A DNA stretch of 63,942 bases, counting the filler, from Cercozoa sp. M6MM (taxonomy: Eukaryota; Protista; Endomyxa: Ascetosporea): NCBI GenBank assembly GCA_040357565.1. It is 13 parts of 13 records of this genome, joined end to end, with 100 filler letters (N's around TTAATTAATTAA, not from the genome) between each part and the next. Parts side by side here need not be neighbours in the genome. Positions count along the whole stretch, not along the records: positions 1 to 4,659 come from JBDODJ010001084.1; positions 4,760 to 8,057 come from JBDODJ010001519.1; positions 8,158 to 13,837 come from JBDODJ010000866.1; 10 more parts are not named here. One strand, 5' to 3'. Position numbers and translations under genes: made by a program. Of the stretch, positions 1 to 11,615 are shown piece after piece; position 1 is the first letter of the stretch, and each line of letters starts with the position of its first letter. The notes below the pieces were generated by a model. That model worked only from the letters and a program-made list of their open reading frames with translations. It made no database searches and was not told the DNA's origin.

Positions 1-39
1 CCCCCCCCCAGATACCCCACTTACCCCCTGTTGTGTCAG

Positions 40-2368
40 CACTTACTGGCCAGTGCGACGCCGGATGCAGTGCCGCAGGTGCGGTGCAATTCGCCCGGTC
101 ACTCGCCCTACGAAGCACACGCCGAGATCCGTCAGTACGCTTGCCTTTCTGTGTGTGTATGTCTATGTAGATGTTTATGTTTGTGTGTTTATCCATGGTA
201 TATGTGTGTATGATATGTATGGTGTCTGTAGTTTATGTTTAGATCTATATATATATATATATGTATATATATGTATATATATATATATATATATGTCTAT
301 GTATTTGTATGTATATATATGTATATGTGTATGTATATGTACATGTATTTGTATGTTTATATAGATGTTTGTACATTTAGACATACATATGTGTATGTAT
401 ACGTATGGACATAAGTGTGTACTCAGAGAGGTGAGCATCCCAGGCGCCGAGTCGCTGCTGGTGACGTTCGATCCGCGCAGTGCCTTGGCCAGCGACATGA
501 TGACTCGCCTCGCCTTCTTCCTCGACGCTGGTACACTGCCTCATGTTGCCTCCCCCCGTTACCCCATGTTACCCTCCCCCAGTTACCTCCTATTACCCTC
601 CCTGTAACCCCGTGGAATAGGCATGCAGCGACTGGTGGCGCAATTCCGTGGACACGAACAGTTTACGTCCTTCGTGGTGCCGCGTGATCGGTACGCTTTA
701 CCCCTGTTTACCCCCCTGTTCACCCCCTGTTTATCCCCTGTTTACCCCCTGTTTACCCCGTTTACTCCCCCTGTTTATTCCCTGTTTACCCCCCTGTTTA
801 CCCCCCCCTGTTTACCCCTCTGTTTACCCCCCCCCCCGATGACATTAGCTTCTGGTTCAAGTTCACGAGTTCGCTGGATGCGGCGCACTTTGGCTACAAG
901 TTCGAGGTGACGCCGCTGTCGTGGCGAGTCGGCGATCGGCAGGCTCTGTCGGGTGGGCACGTGGCCTTTGCACTGTGGCTACTGGACGTGCTGTATGCGC
1001 ACGTGTGGACTGATGGCTCTGCCAGTGGGACCAGTGGGATCAGTGCCGACCTGGCACGTGCCGTGTCGGCAGTGACCGAGGCACTGCTGCGGTGCCGGCA
1101 CTCGGAGACGCGCACGCGACTGTGCGAGCACCTGACGCGACTGCTGGCGCGCTGCGTCGCTCTCGCCGAGGCCGGCGTTTCTCCCGTACAGGTTGGACCG
1201 TCCGTACTGCCTGGACAGTCCGTACAACCCGTACAAATTGCACATGGACAGGGACAGGGGCTGGTCGGACTGACGGCGCTGCTGAACGACGCCGATCGCA
1301 TCGAAGATTTCGTCGACCGGCAGCTCTCGTGCCCGCTGGCTGGTAGTCTTACCCCCCTTCTTACCCCTTCTTACCTCCTCTACCCCTGATACTCCCCATG
1401 TTACCCATTTTTCTCTGTTGCCCTTACCCATCTTACCCCCTTGTAGATGGCACGCGTCTGGTGGACGACCCGCGTCGCATCGCCGCGCTGCCCTTCGCTC
1501 AGCGACGTAGCCTTACCCTACTGCAGCCTTAACAAAATCTGGAGTTGCCAATTAAGGGTGCGTCGGTGTGTGTGTTTGTGCAGTGTTCGAACTGTCGGCA
1601 GTGGTGCAGCAGCTGCGTATGTGCACTCCGACGGTCGAGACCTTGGAAACAACCGCGAGGACGGAAACAACTACAAAGGCCGAAACAACGACAAAGGCCG
1701 AAACAACAAAGACGCCAAAAACAACAACGACGTCAAAAACAACAACGACTGTGGCGGCCTTTGCACCGCTGCGCCTGGAACTGGCCAGAGCGACGTTCTG
1801 CGAGCTGGACGTGACGCGCGGCCTGCAGCGCCTGCTCGAGGTGAGCACGTGTCTCACCACGTGTGTCCCACCACGTGTCTGAGTCAGAGTGACCACGTGA
1901 CTGAGTCAGAGTGACCACTTGGCACGTGCATGTGTGTGTGTGTGTGTGAGCAGACACGTGGCGGCCACGTGGAGCTGCGCCTGCCGCCGCTGCGTGCACT
2001 GTTCGCGAGTGCCGTCCGCGCGGCCAGCCTGTTCGGCGGTGGCGACGCCAGCGAAGAGCAGGCGCTGCGACTGCACCTGGTATCAGCACTGTACATATGG
2101 ACTGTACATGTGTACTGGTGGGGTACATATATGGACTGGTGGGGTACATATGCTGGGACATATGCTGGGGTACATGTGTACACATGGACTGTACTGGACC
2201 ACGATGCGGACAGGAGGAACTCCAGGTGCCGCTGCAGCAGCGCCGACTGCGCCTGCTGCTACGCGTGCGACATGCGCGCACGGGCGCCGTGCTGGCCGAC
2301 CGCTGCCACCGACCTGTCGAACTCACGCCGCCGCCCGTCGAGGGTGCTGTTTACCCCCCTGTTTACCC

Positions 2369-2408
<40 letters not shown>

Positions 2409-4394
2409 NNNNNNNNNNNNNNNNNNNNNNNNNNNNNNNNNNNNNNNNNNNNNNNNNNNNNNNNNNNNNNNNNNNNNNNNNNNNNNNNNNNNNNNNNNNN
2501 NNNNNNNNGTGCCCCCCCCCCCGTTTACCCCCCCCTGTTTTCACCCCCCCCCCCCCCTGTTTGCTTAGTTTAGCCCCCTGTTTACCCCCCCTCCCCACCC
2601 ACAGAGCAAGGCGAGCACGTGGTGACGGCGTCGTCGCTGCTGCCGCCAACGACGCCCATCACCGACGTCACCGGACTACTGGACGCCATGCACGTGTCGG
2701 GTGGCTACACTGACCAGTCGGGTGGCTACACTGATCAGTCGGGTGGCTACGGTGCTGGCTACAATGCTGGCTACAGTGGTCTGCCTGAGGTGCTGCTGCG
2801 ACAGGGCGCGCGCGACGTGCTGCTGCGCGAGCACTGGCTGCCGCTGCCGTCCCTGTGTCCGCGCGGACACGCGCACCTGCCCTGGACGCCCGTGCTGCGC
2901 GGACGCTTGTCCTGCCGCGCCTGGCTCTTCTTCTCGCCGCCTCGCCTGCCTCGTAGCGCCCTGTTTTACCCCCCCCCCCCTGTTTACCCCCCTGTTTACC
3001 CCCCTGTTCACTTCCCGCTACACCCCTGTTTACCCCCGCTATCCCCCGTGTTTGCCCCCCTGTTCACCCCCGTTCCCCCCCCCCCCGATAAACTCCTGAA
3101 GGAGCGAGCAAGAAGGCGCGCGTGTGGACGGTGGCGCAGGTGAGTGCCGCAGCGGCGTCGCAGGCAGTGCTGCAGCTGCAGATTCGGCAGCACGGCAGTC
3201 GCTTCCTGGTACACGCTTTGTACACACTGTTCTGTACACACTGTACTGTACACACTGTACTGTACACACTGTACTGTACACACTGTACTGTACACACTGT
3301 ACTACACACTGTACTGTACAACCTGTACTGTGCACACTGTGCGAGTAGATGCAAGTGCGCGTGGGCGACACGGTGTACGCCGGGCCGGCGCTGCGGCCGC
3401 GTCGCTGGCAGTTCGTGCAGCTCAGGTGGCGTCGTTGCTTTTTTACCCCCCCCCCCCTTACCCCCCCCCCCTTTACCCCCCTTTACCCCCTTATACCATC
3501 TTATACCATCTTTTTAGCCTACCCCATGTGTCCTCCCATGTTACCCACCTTACCCCCTCTACTGTAGTGCCGACTCGATCGGGACCTCGCCAGAGAAACG
3601 TGTAAGTGACAGAGCAGACTACTGAGAGTGACCACACCAGAGAGTGGCCACACCAGAGAGTGACCACACTGGGAATGACCACACTGGGAATGACCACACT
3701 GGGAATGACCACACCAGAGAGTGACCACACTGGGAATGACCACACTGGGAATGACCACACCTGGGTTGGCACGTGCGCAGGAACGGCAGCGCCGACGTGC
3801 CGCCGTGGCACCGATGGAGGCGACGGTGGCCGCCACGCAGAGCAGCGGCAGCGACGACGAGGACGCCGTCGTGCTCACGGTGAGCTTTGCCCCCCCCATC
3901 CCCCTGTTTCCCCCTACTCCCCTGTTACCCCCACACCCCCCTGTTACCCCCTACTCCCCTGTTACCCCCACACCCCCCTGATACCCCCTGCAGGAGGAAG
4001 AAGACAGCGGCGACAACGACAGTCGCAACAACGTCGAGGAACGCGTGCCGCGACTCGAGTTGTGTAGCTTACCCCCCCCCCCCTTTTACCTTCCTATTTA
4101 CCCCCCTGTTTGCCTTTCTATTACCCCCCTATTTAACCCCCTGTTTGCCTTTCTATTATCCCCCTGTTTACCCCCTATTAACCCCCTTTGTTTACCCCCC
4201 TGTTTACCCCCCCTATTTGCCCCCCTACTGCAGCGGTGGACGGCGGCGTGGCGAACCGTCAGCGGCGCGTGCACTCGATGGCGGCGTCGCAGGACAGCGA
4301 GCTGCGGCGACTGCTGGACGCGCGCAGTGCCGAGAGTCGCCGCGGTCTCTTGCTGTGCACCGACGCGGTCGAACTGCGGCGTCGTGATGGACAG
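40..4394 (+). CDS. Partial multi-exon giant protein with a ZZEF1/HECTD4-type CUB-like domain; both ends missing
   Basis: Spliced exons read HSPYEAHAEIR..EVSIPGAESLLVTFDPRS..FRGHEQFTSFVVPRDRFWFKFTSSLDAAHFGYKFEVTP, which resembles the CUB-like module of giant E3-ligase-type proteins. GT-AG introns. Boundaries approximate. Confidence 0.55.
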
Positions 4395-4659
4395 GTAGAT
4401 CCCACCCTTGCTCCCCTATTTACCCCCCTATTAACCTCCATATACCCCCTATTTACTCCCCTATTTACCTCCCTATTTACCCCCTGTTTACCTCCATATA
4501 TACCCCCTATTTACTCCCCTATTTACTCCCCTATTTGCCTCCTTATATACCCCCCTGTTTACCTCCTGTCTACCCTCCTATTTACCTCCATATATACCCC
4601 CCTATTTACCCCCTATCTACCCCCTATTTACCCCCTATTTACCCCCCTTGTTTACCCCC

Positions 4660-4759
4660 NNNNNNNNNNNNNNNNNNNNNNNNNNNNNNNNNNNNNNNNN
4701 NNNTTAATTAATTAANNNNNNNNNNNNNNNNNNNNNNNNNNNNNNNNNNNNNNNNNNNN
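4660..4759. other. Artificial contig linker N44-TTAATTAATTAA-N44 (first of 14)
   Basis: Same structure near 8102, 13882, 19518, 30943, 34707, 36451, 41823, 48111, 55332, 58913, 62730 and others. Synteny across linkers is meaningless. The exact count should be checked. Confidence 0.95.
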
Positions 4760-4769
4760 CCCGAGGTAG

Positions 4770-7700
4770 GTACTGGAGGACACGGTCCGGCGGCACCGGC
4801 GGCGACTGCGACTACACCGCGTGCGCGACGACGACGGCGACTCGGACAGCAGCGTCTACTTGGCCGGCATCGACGGCGTGCAACTCTTGCTCGACGTCTT
4901 TCGCACTACTCTGTGGCCCTGCGAGGCGCCTTCGCAGTGGTGCTGCTTCAAACCCCTACCACCCCACCTTACCCACTCCCTACCACCTCCTTTACCCCTC
5001 CCCTGATAGGTCGCGCGACCCGCGACGTTCGCAGTTCGAAGTGGCACGCCTGCGAGCGACCTCGGTGGTACCTCACGTCGAGGTTTTACCCCCCCCCCAG
5101 ATAGATACATGCGCATACACAGGACGACATCGGTCGCGTCGACGCCACTGTTGTGACGCAAGTGCGACGGGCCGTGTTGCGTGGTACACATGTCTCAGTA
5201 TGTGCACACTGGTCCAGATGGACTGGGGTATGTACGGGGTACACATGGACTGGGATATGGACTGGGGTATGGACTGGGGTATGCACTGGGATATGCACTG
5301 GGGTATGCACACCAGGACTAGACCTGGTGACCCGACGTGGCCGGCTACTGCGTCTGCGTCAGTCGGTGGCCGTGGTTCGCGCACTGGTGCTGCCGCAGGT
5401 CACGCGCGACGCCGACGCGCTGCTGCGACTCGTGCTGGCCTGGCACGCGCGTGGTGAGTTTACCCCTCCCTTAGCCCCCTGTTACCCCCTATCTTCACAG
5501 GTGCCTTCTGGGACTCCCATGCGGCTCGCACGCGACTGCACGACGCCTTGTTGTCGCTGCTGCCTCTGGTAGACTTTACCCCCTGCCCTTGCCCCCCTGC
5601 CCTTGTCCCTCTGCCCTTGCCCCCCTGCCCTCTTGCCTCCACATACTGTACTGACCTTCCTTGGACAGGAGCATCTGGAGCAGTCGACGCGCGCACTGGT
5701 GCTGTCGTGTGTCACCAGGAGCATGCTCAAGGAGTCGCTCTCGGAGACACCGCTACTGCTACCGAGTCTGCCGCCTGACATGTGCCTCGCCTATCTTACC
5801 CCCCTTCCCGTTCCTCGCCCCGCATACTTCCATATACACCCCCTGGTAGGTCGGCCACATCCTACGACTCGCTGGTCTGCATGATGAAGGGCACCGACGC
5901 CTACGCCGGTACGAATTGAGCCCTCACTGGCGAGCACAACACCTGCTTTGTCTCTTGGAGTGTGCCTCTCTGTGCAGACGCCAGACGGTTCAGCACCGTG
6001 CTGGGCGACGAGTCGCTGCGCTTCCCGACGGCGCTGGTGGCGGCGCTGCGTCTCGTGGCCCGCCCAGGTGTCCAGCGCGCGCTAAGACAGCGGTAAGTGT
6101 CATTCCACATAATCATAACTCTAAGTGGCTCGCTTTGGGGTGATTTTCACTTTTTTGTTAAGGGTGCTGCGAGATTCACTGATCGCGGTTCGTGGACTTG
6201 CTGGCGGTGCCCGGTGTGCCATTTTGGTAGGTCTGCTTCATGTGTGGGCCATAGTGTGACCAAAGATGTGTGGTCTGACCAAGGTGTGTTGACCAATGTG
6301 TGGTCATTTTTGCAAAAGTAGGACACGTTCGGATGGCAAGCACTGCTGCGCGATCTGGTGATGCGCTGTCTCGTCGAGTACGGACGCGACTATGCCAGTC
6401 GCAGCGAGTCGGTCGATCAGTCCGGTGGGGTGCCGGTGTGTGCACCGTCGTGCCACGCGGAGGTCGACGCGAGTCGGTATGTGTGCCGGTGCCTGTGTGT
6501 AGGCCTGTGCATGTGTATGTGTGTCTGTGTGTGCAGTTGGCAGAAGGACACGGTGCTGCCAGTGGACCAAGTGCTGGCCGAGCAGGTGCCGCTGCCGCCC
6601 AACACGGCGGCTGAACTGTAGCAGACACCCTTTAACCGCTAGACCCCAGCCTGTGTGTCTATGTGTGACTATGCGGGGGACTGTGGCAGTGCAATGCAGC
6701 TGCTGTCGTCGCTGTCGCTGTCGGCCATGCGTGACCGTGTGGTACCGTGGACCGTGGGTGTGCCCCCTTAACTGCCAAAGCTTGTACACCTGTCTGTCCA
6801 GGCGGACGGCTGGCACGCCGTGGCTGACACGTGCGCCTTCTTGTGCCACGCACCGTCGCCGGCCATAGTGCTGGCCATGTGGCTCCTGCGCGACCTGTCG
6901 GTGCACTCCCTTAACCACTTAGTCCTGTCCTGGTCCCCTGATCTGCAAAACACACTGGACATGGGACACACACAGGCCATGCTGCGACAGTTCCATGACA
7001 CGGCCGGCGACGCGGCTTACAATGCCATCGATCACAACGCTGCATGTAGAGGCCTGCTTTACTCCCGACTCCCCTTACCCCCTACCCCTTACCGCTTACC
7101 CCTTACTGCTTACCCTTACCCCTACCCCTTACCCCCACTACCCCTTACCCTTACCCCCACCCCCTACCCCTTACCTCCTCTGCTACCCCTTACCTCCTCT
7201 GCTTAAAGGCGCGTCGGACGCGTTGGTGGCGTTTCTGCACTTCCGCGTGGCCGCCGCTGCCGGTGCGTTCCGCATCCTTGATTGACCTCTGCTGTAGTAA
7301 GCGTGTGTTCATGTTTGGGCTGAGACAGAGTACCTCAAGTCTCGTCGGCGCAAACGTCGCGGCTGCAACGTGCCGGTAGTCTTAACTCCCTAACCCTCTT
7401 ACCCCCCTCTTACCCCCCTGTTAGCCCCCCCCTGTGCCCTCCCTCTTACCCTTACCCCTTACCCCTTTACCCCCCTCCCCCCCGTGTACGTAGCACACGG
7501 CGCTGTGGTGCAACGACGACACGAACGACGACGACTACGACGACGCCGACTTTGACGATGATGTAGCCGATACGGGTACACAACGCAGCCTTAATAAAGT
7601 AGGTGTGTGTCACTAGAATGGTCCAACTGAACCGGTCCAAATGGACACAGAGGACGGACCGCTGCTGCTGGACGAGTTCGACGTCGTTGGCGATGACTCG

Positions 7701-8034
7701 GAGGAGGACGCTGCTGCCGTGCCATGGAAGTAGTTGTCTCCCTTTACCCCCTCCTACCCCTGTGCCCCTTATCTCTTACCCTTGTACCCACCATACAGAC
7801 CTCCGCACGAGATCTGGGCTGTGTGGCCACTCATTCAGCACATCGTGACGCGTGCGTTTGCGCTCTTTGCCCCCTTGTTACCCCTTTACCCCCCTCCTGC
7901 GTAGTTCAAAACTGGCGTGGACACTTGCGCGAAGCGAGTCGGTACTTACCCCCCCCCCCCTTTTGCCCCCCCCCCCCAGTTAACAAACATGTGTGAGCAG
8001 ATGGCGCCTTTGTCTGCGACTGTGCGTGTCGTTG
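4770..8034 (+). CDS. Partial multi-exon hypothetical protein (helical, Leu/Ala-rich)
   Basis: GC-rich coding blocks alternate with GT-AG introns and join in frame (e.g. DDIGRVDATVVTQVRRAVLRG|LDLVTRRGRLLRLRQ). No family recognised. Confidence 0.55.
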
Positions 8035-8171
8035 GTAGCTTACCCTCCCCCCCCCCCNNNNNNNNNNNNNNNNNNNNNNNNNNNNNNNNNNNNNNNNNNN
8101 NTTAATTAATTAANNNNNNNNNNNNNNNNNNNNNNNNNNNNNNNNNNNNNNNNNNNNCCCCCCCCCCGTAG

Positions 8172-8833
8172 GCCAAGCCGCCCTGAGACTGCTGCCGGAA
8201 CCGGTGACGCAGCGCATGGTGGACGCCGGCGAGGCTGAGGGCCCCGCACACTGCAAGAAGGATGGTACCCTGTGACCTTGGCGCTGTGTGCTTGGTTGGT
8301 CACCTGGTGATGTGCACAGTCGAGACGCGTCGACGCGAGTTGCTGCAGAAGGTTCTGCCGTCGCTCTTAGAACACTACACCTCGCTTGACGGTGAGGGCA
8401 TGACGACAGTGCTGAGTGAGGGGGCTTCACACCTGGCACACTTGCTGTGCGAGACCGTGTCGGCAGCTGCCGAGGTAGCTACCTTATCCCTTACCCTATC
8501 CCTATTCTGACCCCTACCCTATCCCTATCTCCTACCCTGCCGTCTACCCTCTCTAGTTGGACGCACTGACGGAGGAACAAGCAACGACGTTGGCGCAGTC
8601 GGTGGCGGCTGCCTGTCTGTCGCAGGTGCGCGATGAGCGTATGAGCGACGACGAAGAGGAGGCGTCCTCCAAGCTGCTGCTGGCCGTGCCGGCGCGTCAG
8701 AGACTCGTCAAGGCGCTGCTGCGCACGCCGCTGTGCCTGCACCTGGCACCGCTGCTGACCGAGACTTTGTTGCTGCCTGAGTCGCTACAGGTACCCTCCC
8801 CACCGATGCTCACTGCACCTTTTTTACGAAATC

Positions 8834-8875
<42 letters not shown>

Positions 8876-8975
8876 NNNNNNNNNNNNNNNNNNNNNNNNN
8901 NNNNNNNNNNNNNNNNNNNNNNNNNNNNNNNNNNNNNNNNNNNNNNNNNNNNNNNNNNNNNNNNNNNNNNNNNNN

Positions 8976-9035
<60 letters not shown>

Positions 9036-9204
9036 ATGTGTGTGTGTGCAGAACAAGCCGCAGTGTTTCCTGTTGCTGAGCATTCTGGAGAGTGAGCACG
9101 CCGACGCGTCGCTGCAAAAGTCGCTCAAGAAGTCGCTTAAGAAGCTCCGCGAACACATCGTCGTCGACGCGCTCAAGAACGCGCTGTCAAAAAAGAATAA
9201 GTAA
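8172..9204 (+). CDS. PUM3: Pumilio homolog 3 / Puf6, C-terminal CPL region (5' partial)
   Basis: Spliced motif HCKKDVETRRRELLQKVLPSLL matches the SKKD..RR.ELL CPL signature. Later NKPQCFLLLSILES and a basic tail, ending TAA at 9204. Confidence 0.75.
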
Positions 9205-9528
9205 CTTGCGTTGGGTGCGTTCCTCGAGCAATTCATCAGGTTTAATTATGAATAAGGCCGGTCTGCCCTGGCTCGGCGCTCTCATGCAGACAGCGGTAAC
9301 TTACGTTCCTTAGTTTTTTTGTACGTTTCGCTCGGCTGACAAAGTACCCTCAATTTACCAAGGCCTGATCCCTATCTGAGAGGGCTGCGGTAACACGACG
9401 GCACCTCGCTCACTTTACTACCACAGAGCTAAGCAGTAACGTAACCCTGTCTCGCCAATACGGTTAAAAACGACGCGGGATCAACTGATCCATCTGATCC
9501 GATTGAATATCGGCACAGCCGGCGGCAA

Positions 9529-11114
9529 CTAAGCCTTGGCCGTGTACTCAGGTGAGAACCAGCCGGACTTGCCACTCGTGGTGTGCTCACCAAGCCACCA
9601 CCCGCTCTGTTCACACAGCAGATATACAGTTAACACATACGAGACGGGTCAACAACGTACCTCGTGCTTGTCGCGAAGGATGAGTTTGTCGCCGGCTTCG
9701 AAGGACAGCTCGCCGTCACCGTCGCCCTGCACAACACATGTACACCTAGGGTCCGCCAGCCACACAACCACTAGAGACTGAGAGAATGAGAGAAGAAAGC
9801 GCACCGTAAAAGCGGAGCGAGCGACGAGTGTGTCGCCCACCTTGGCATCAGGCAGGTCGTAGTCGCTGAGGTCGTAGCCTTGCTGCGGCGTGCTCTCGTC
9901 GGCCACCACCTGCACCAGCGAGGCCGGGAAGGTACCGCACTGGTCCGACGGCACGTGGCGACCGAACCAGAAGTCGCCGTCCTGCTGCTGCACCTCGACC
10001 TCGTCGCCCTGTGTCCACACACAAGCAAACGTAGACTTAGGTCAAGCCAACACTGGCGCACAATGCACCTTCTTGAAGCTAATCTCGGCGGGTGTCGCTG
10101 CCTCTGTAAAGACTCGTTAAATACACGTACAGACCAACAAACAGAGACAAAATAGAAGCACCGTGGTCGAACAGAGCACGCGCACGGACGGACCGCGACG
10201 ATGACGTGCTGCCTGCCTCTATGTAAGTGTATACATATCGACATAAACAGATGTTGCAAGCGAGGTACCCGAGTCTGCCAGCGCAGGTTTCTGCTCGCCT
10301 TGCTGTTCCTGCGGATGCAAACACACTATCAAAAGAAAGAGACGCGGTAAGTTGTCGCAGGAAGGCAGCATACCATGACGAGACGGACGCATCTGTCGCA
10401 AATTCGCACGGGTTTCTTGTTGCCTGCACACCATGTATTAGTGAAATCATGTCCGCAAATTCAAGGGACAAGGGGCACCCTTGATCTCGGCGCGTGACTT
10501 TGAGCAGTCGTTGCACACCAGAGCACCGCACATACGGCTACACACACAACGGAATACACAAGCCACCCACCCAGCCAGGACCAGCCTGAAACCGCGGGGT
10601 ACCAGTGGTGTCTGCGGAACACGAGACTGAACTTGGCATTGCACAGCGTGCAGTTTTTGCTGCTGTGGTCGCTCTGCCACACCGGAGCACTGCAGGCACA
10701 CATGCAAGCACACACATAAGACACCACGAGTATAGCGCGCGGGGGGAGGTGTGGTACAGGTGTGAGTCACGCGAGCCGGGGAGGTTGCCGCGCTGTCGCT
10801 GTGTGCCTCGTCGTTCCCTCACCACTGAAGGGACACAAACATACAGGTACACACACAGGTGGCATACGACAGTACAGACACAGAAAAGGTCGGCGCACCA
10901 GAGTGCAGGGCATTAAGCCACTCGTCGCGTTCTCCTCTCGTTTCCTGCAGGCACACAACGTGCATACACGGACGAAGGGAAAGGGAGGGCACAGTACCGT
11001 GTACACGACGAAGGACTTGGATGCTGAGATGATCGTGAACGAGTTCTGCGTCTTGACGGCCGTCTTGCGGCCGCGCAAGAAACCTCCCTGTGATCCATAT
11101 TGCCATGTGAGGCG

Positions 11115-11158
<44 letters not shown>

Positions 11159-11258
11159 NNNNNNNNNNNNNNNNNNNNNNNNNNNNNNNNNNNNNNNNNN
11201 NNNNNNNNNNNNNNNNNNNNNNNNNNNNNNNNNNNNNNNNNNNNNNNNNNNNNNNNNN

Positions 11259-11299
<41 letters not shown>

Positions 11300-11553
11300 G
11301 GAGAGGCCACCTTCTTGCCTGCCTCGCCGTCTTCGTCGTCGTCATCGGCGTCTCTGCGTGGAAAATGTAAACATCGTGTGGACCCAGTGCCAGAAAAAGG
11401 AGCCGTACCTGACAGAGCCAGAAGCCGTCTCCTGCACAACAAAGTTGTCGTCAATCGGCATCTCGCGGTGCAGCTTCAGCTGACCGAGCTTGTTTAGCGA
11501 GGCGTAGCACTGCGAGTCCAGGCACGAGGTGAAATACCAGATAAACAGGGTTG

Positions 11554-11615
<62 letters not shown>

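Noticed and set aside
53-498. CV/HT/YI-repeat and Pro-rich ORFs in the ORF track
   Set aside because: Translations of intronic microsatellites and C-rich repeats.
3625-3762. CRISPR-like repeat array
   Set aside because: No unique spacers, eukaryotic intron, no cas genes.
4704-4715. Recurrent TTAATTAATTAA flanked by Ns
   Set aside because: Artificial six-frame-stop contig linker.
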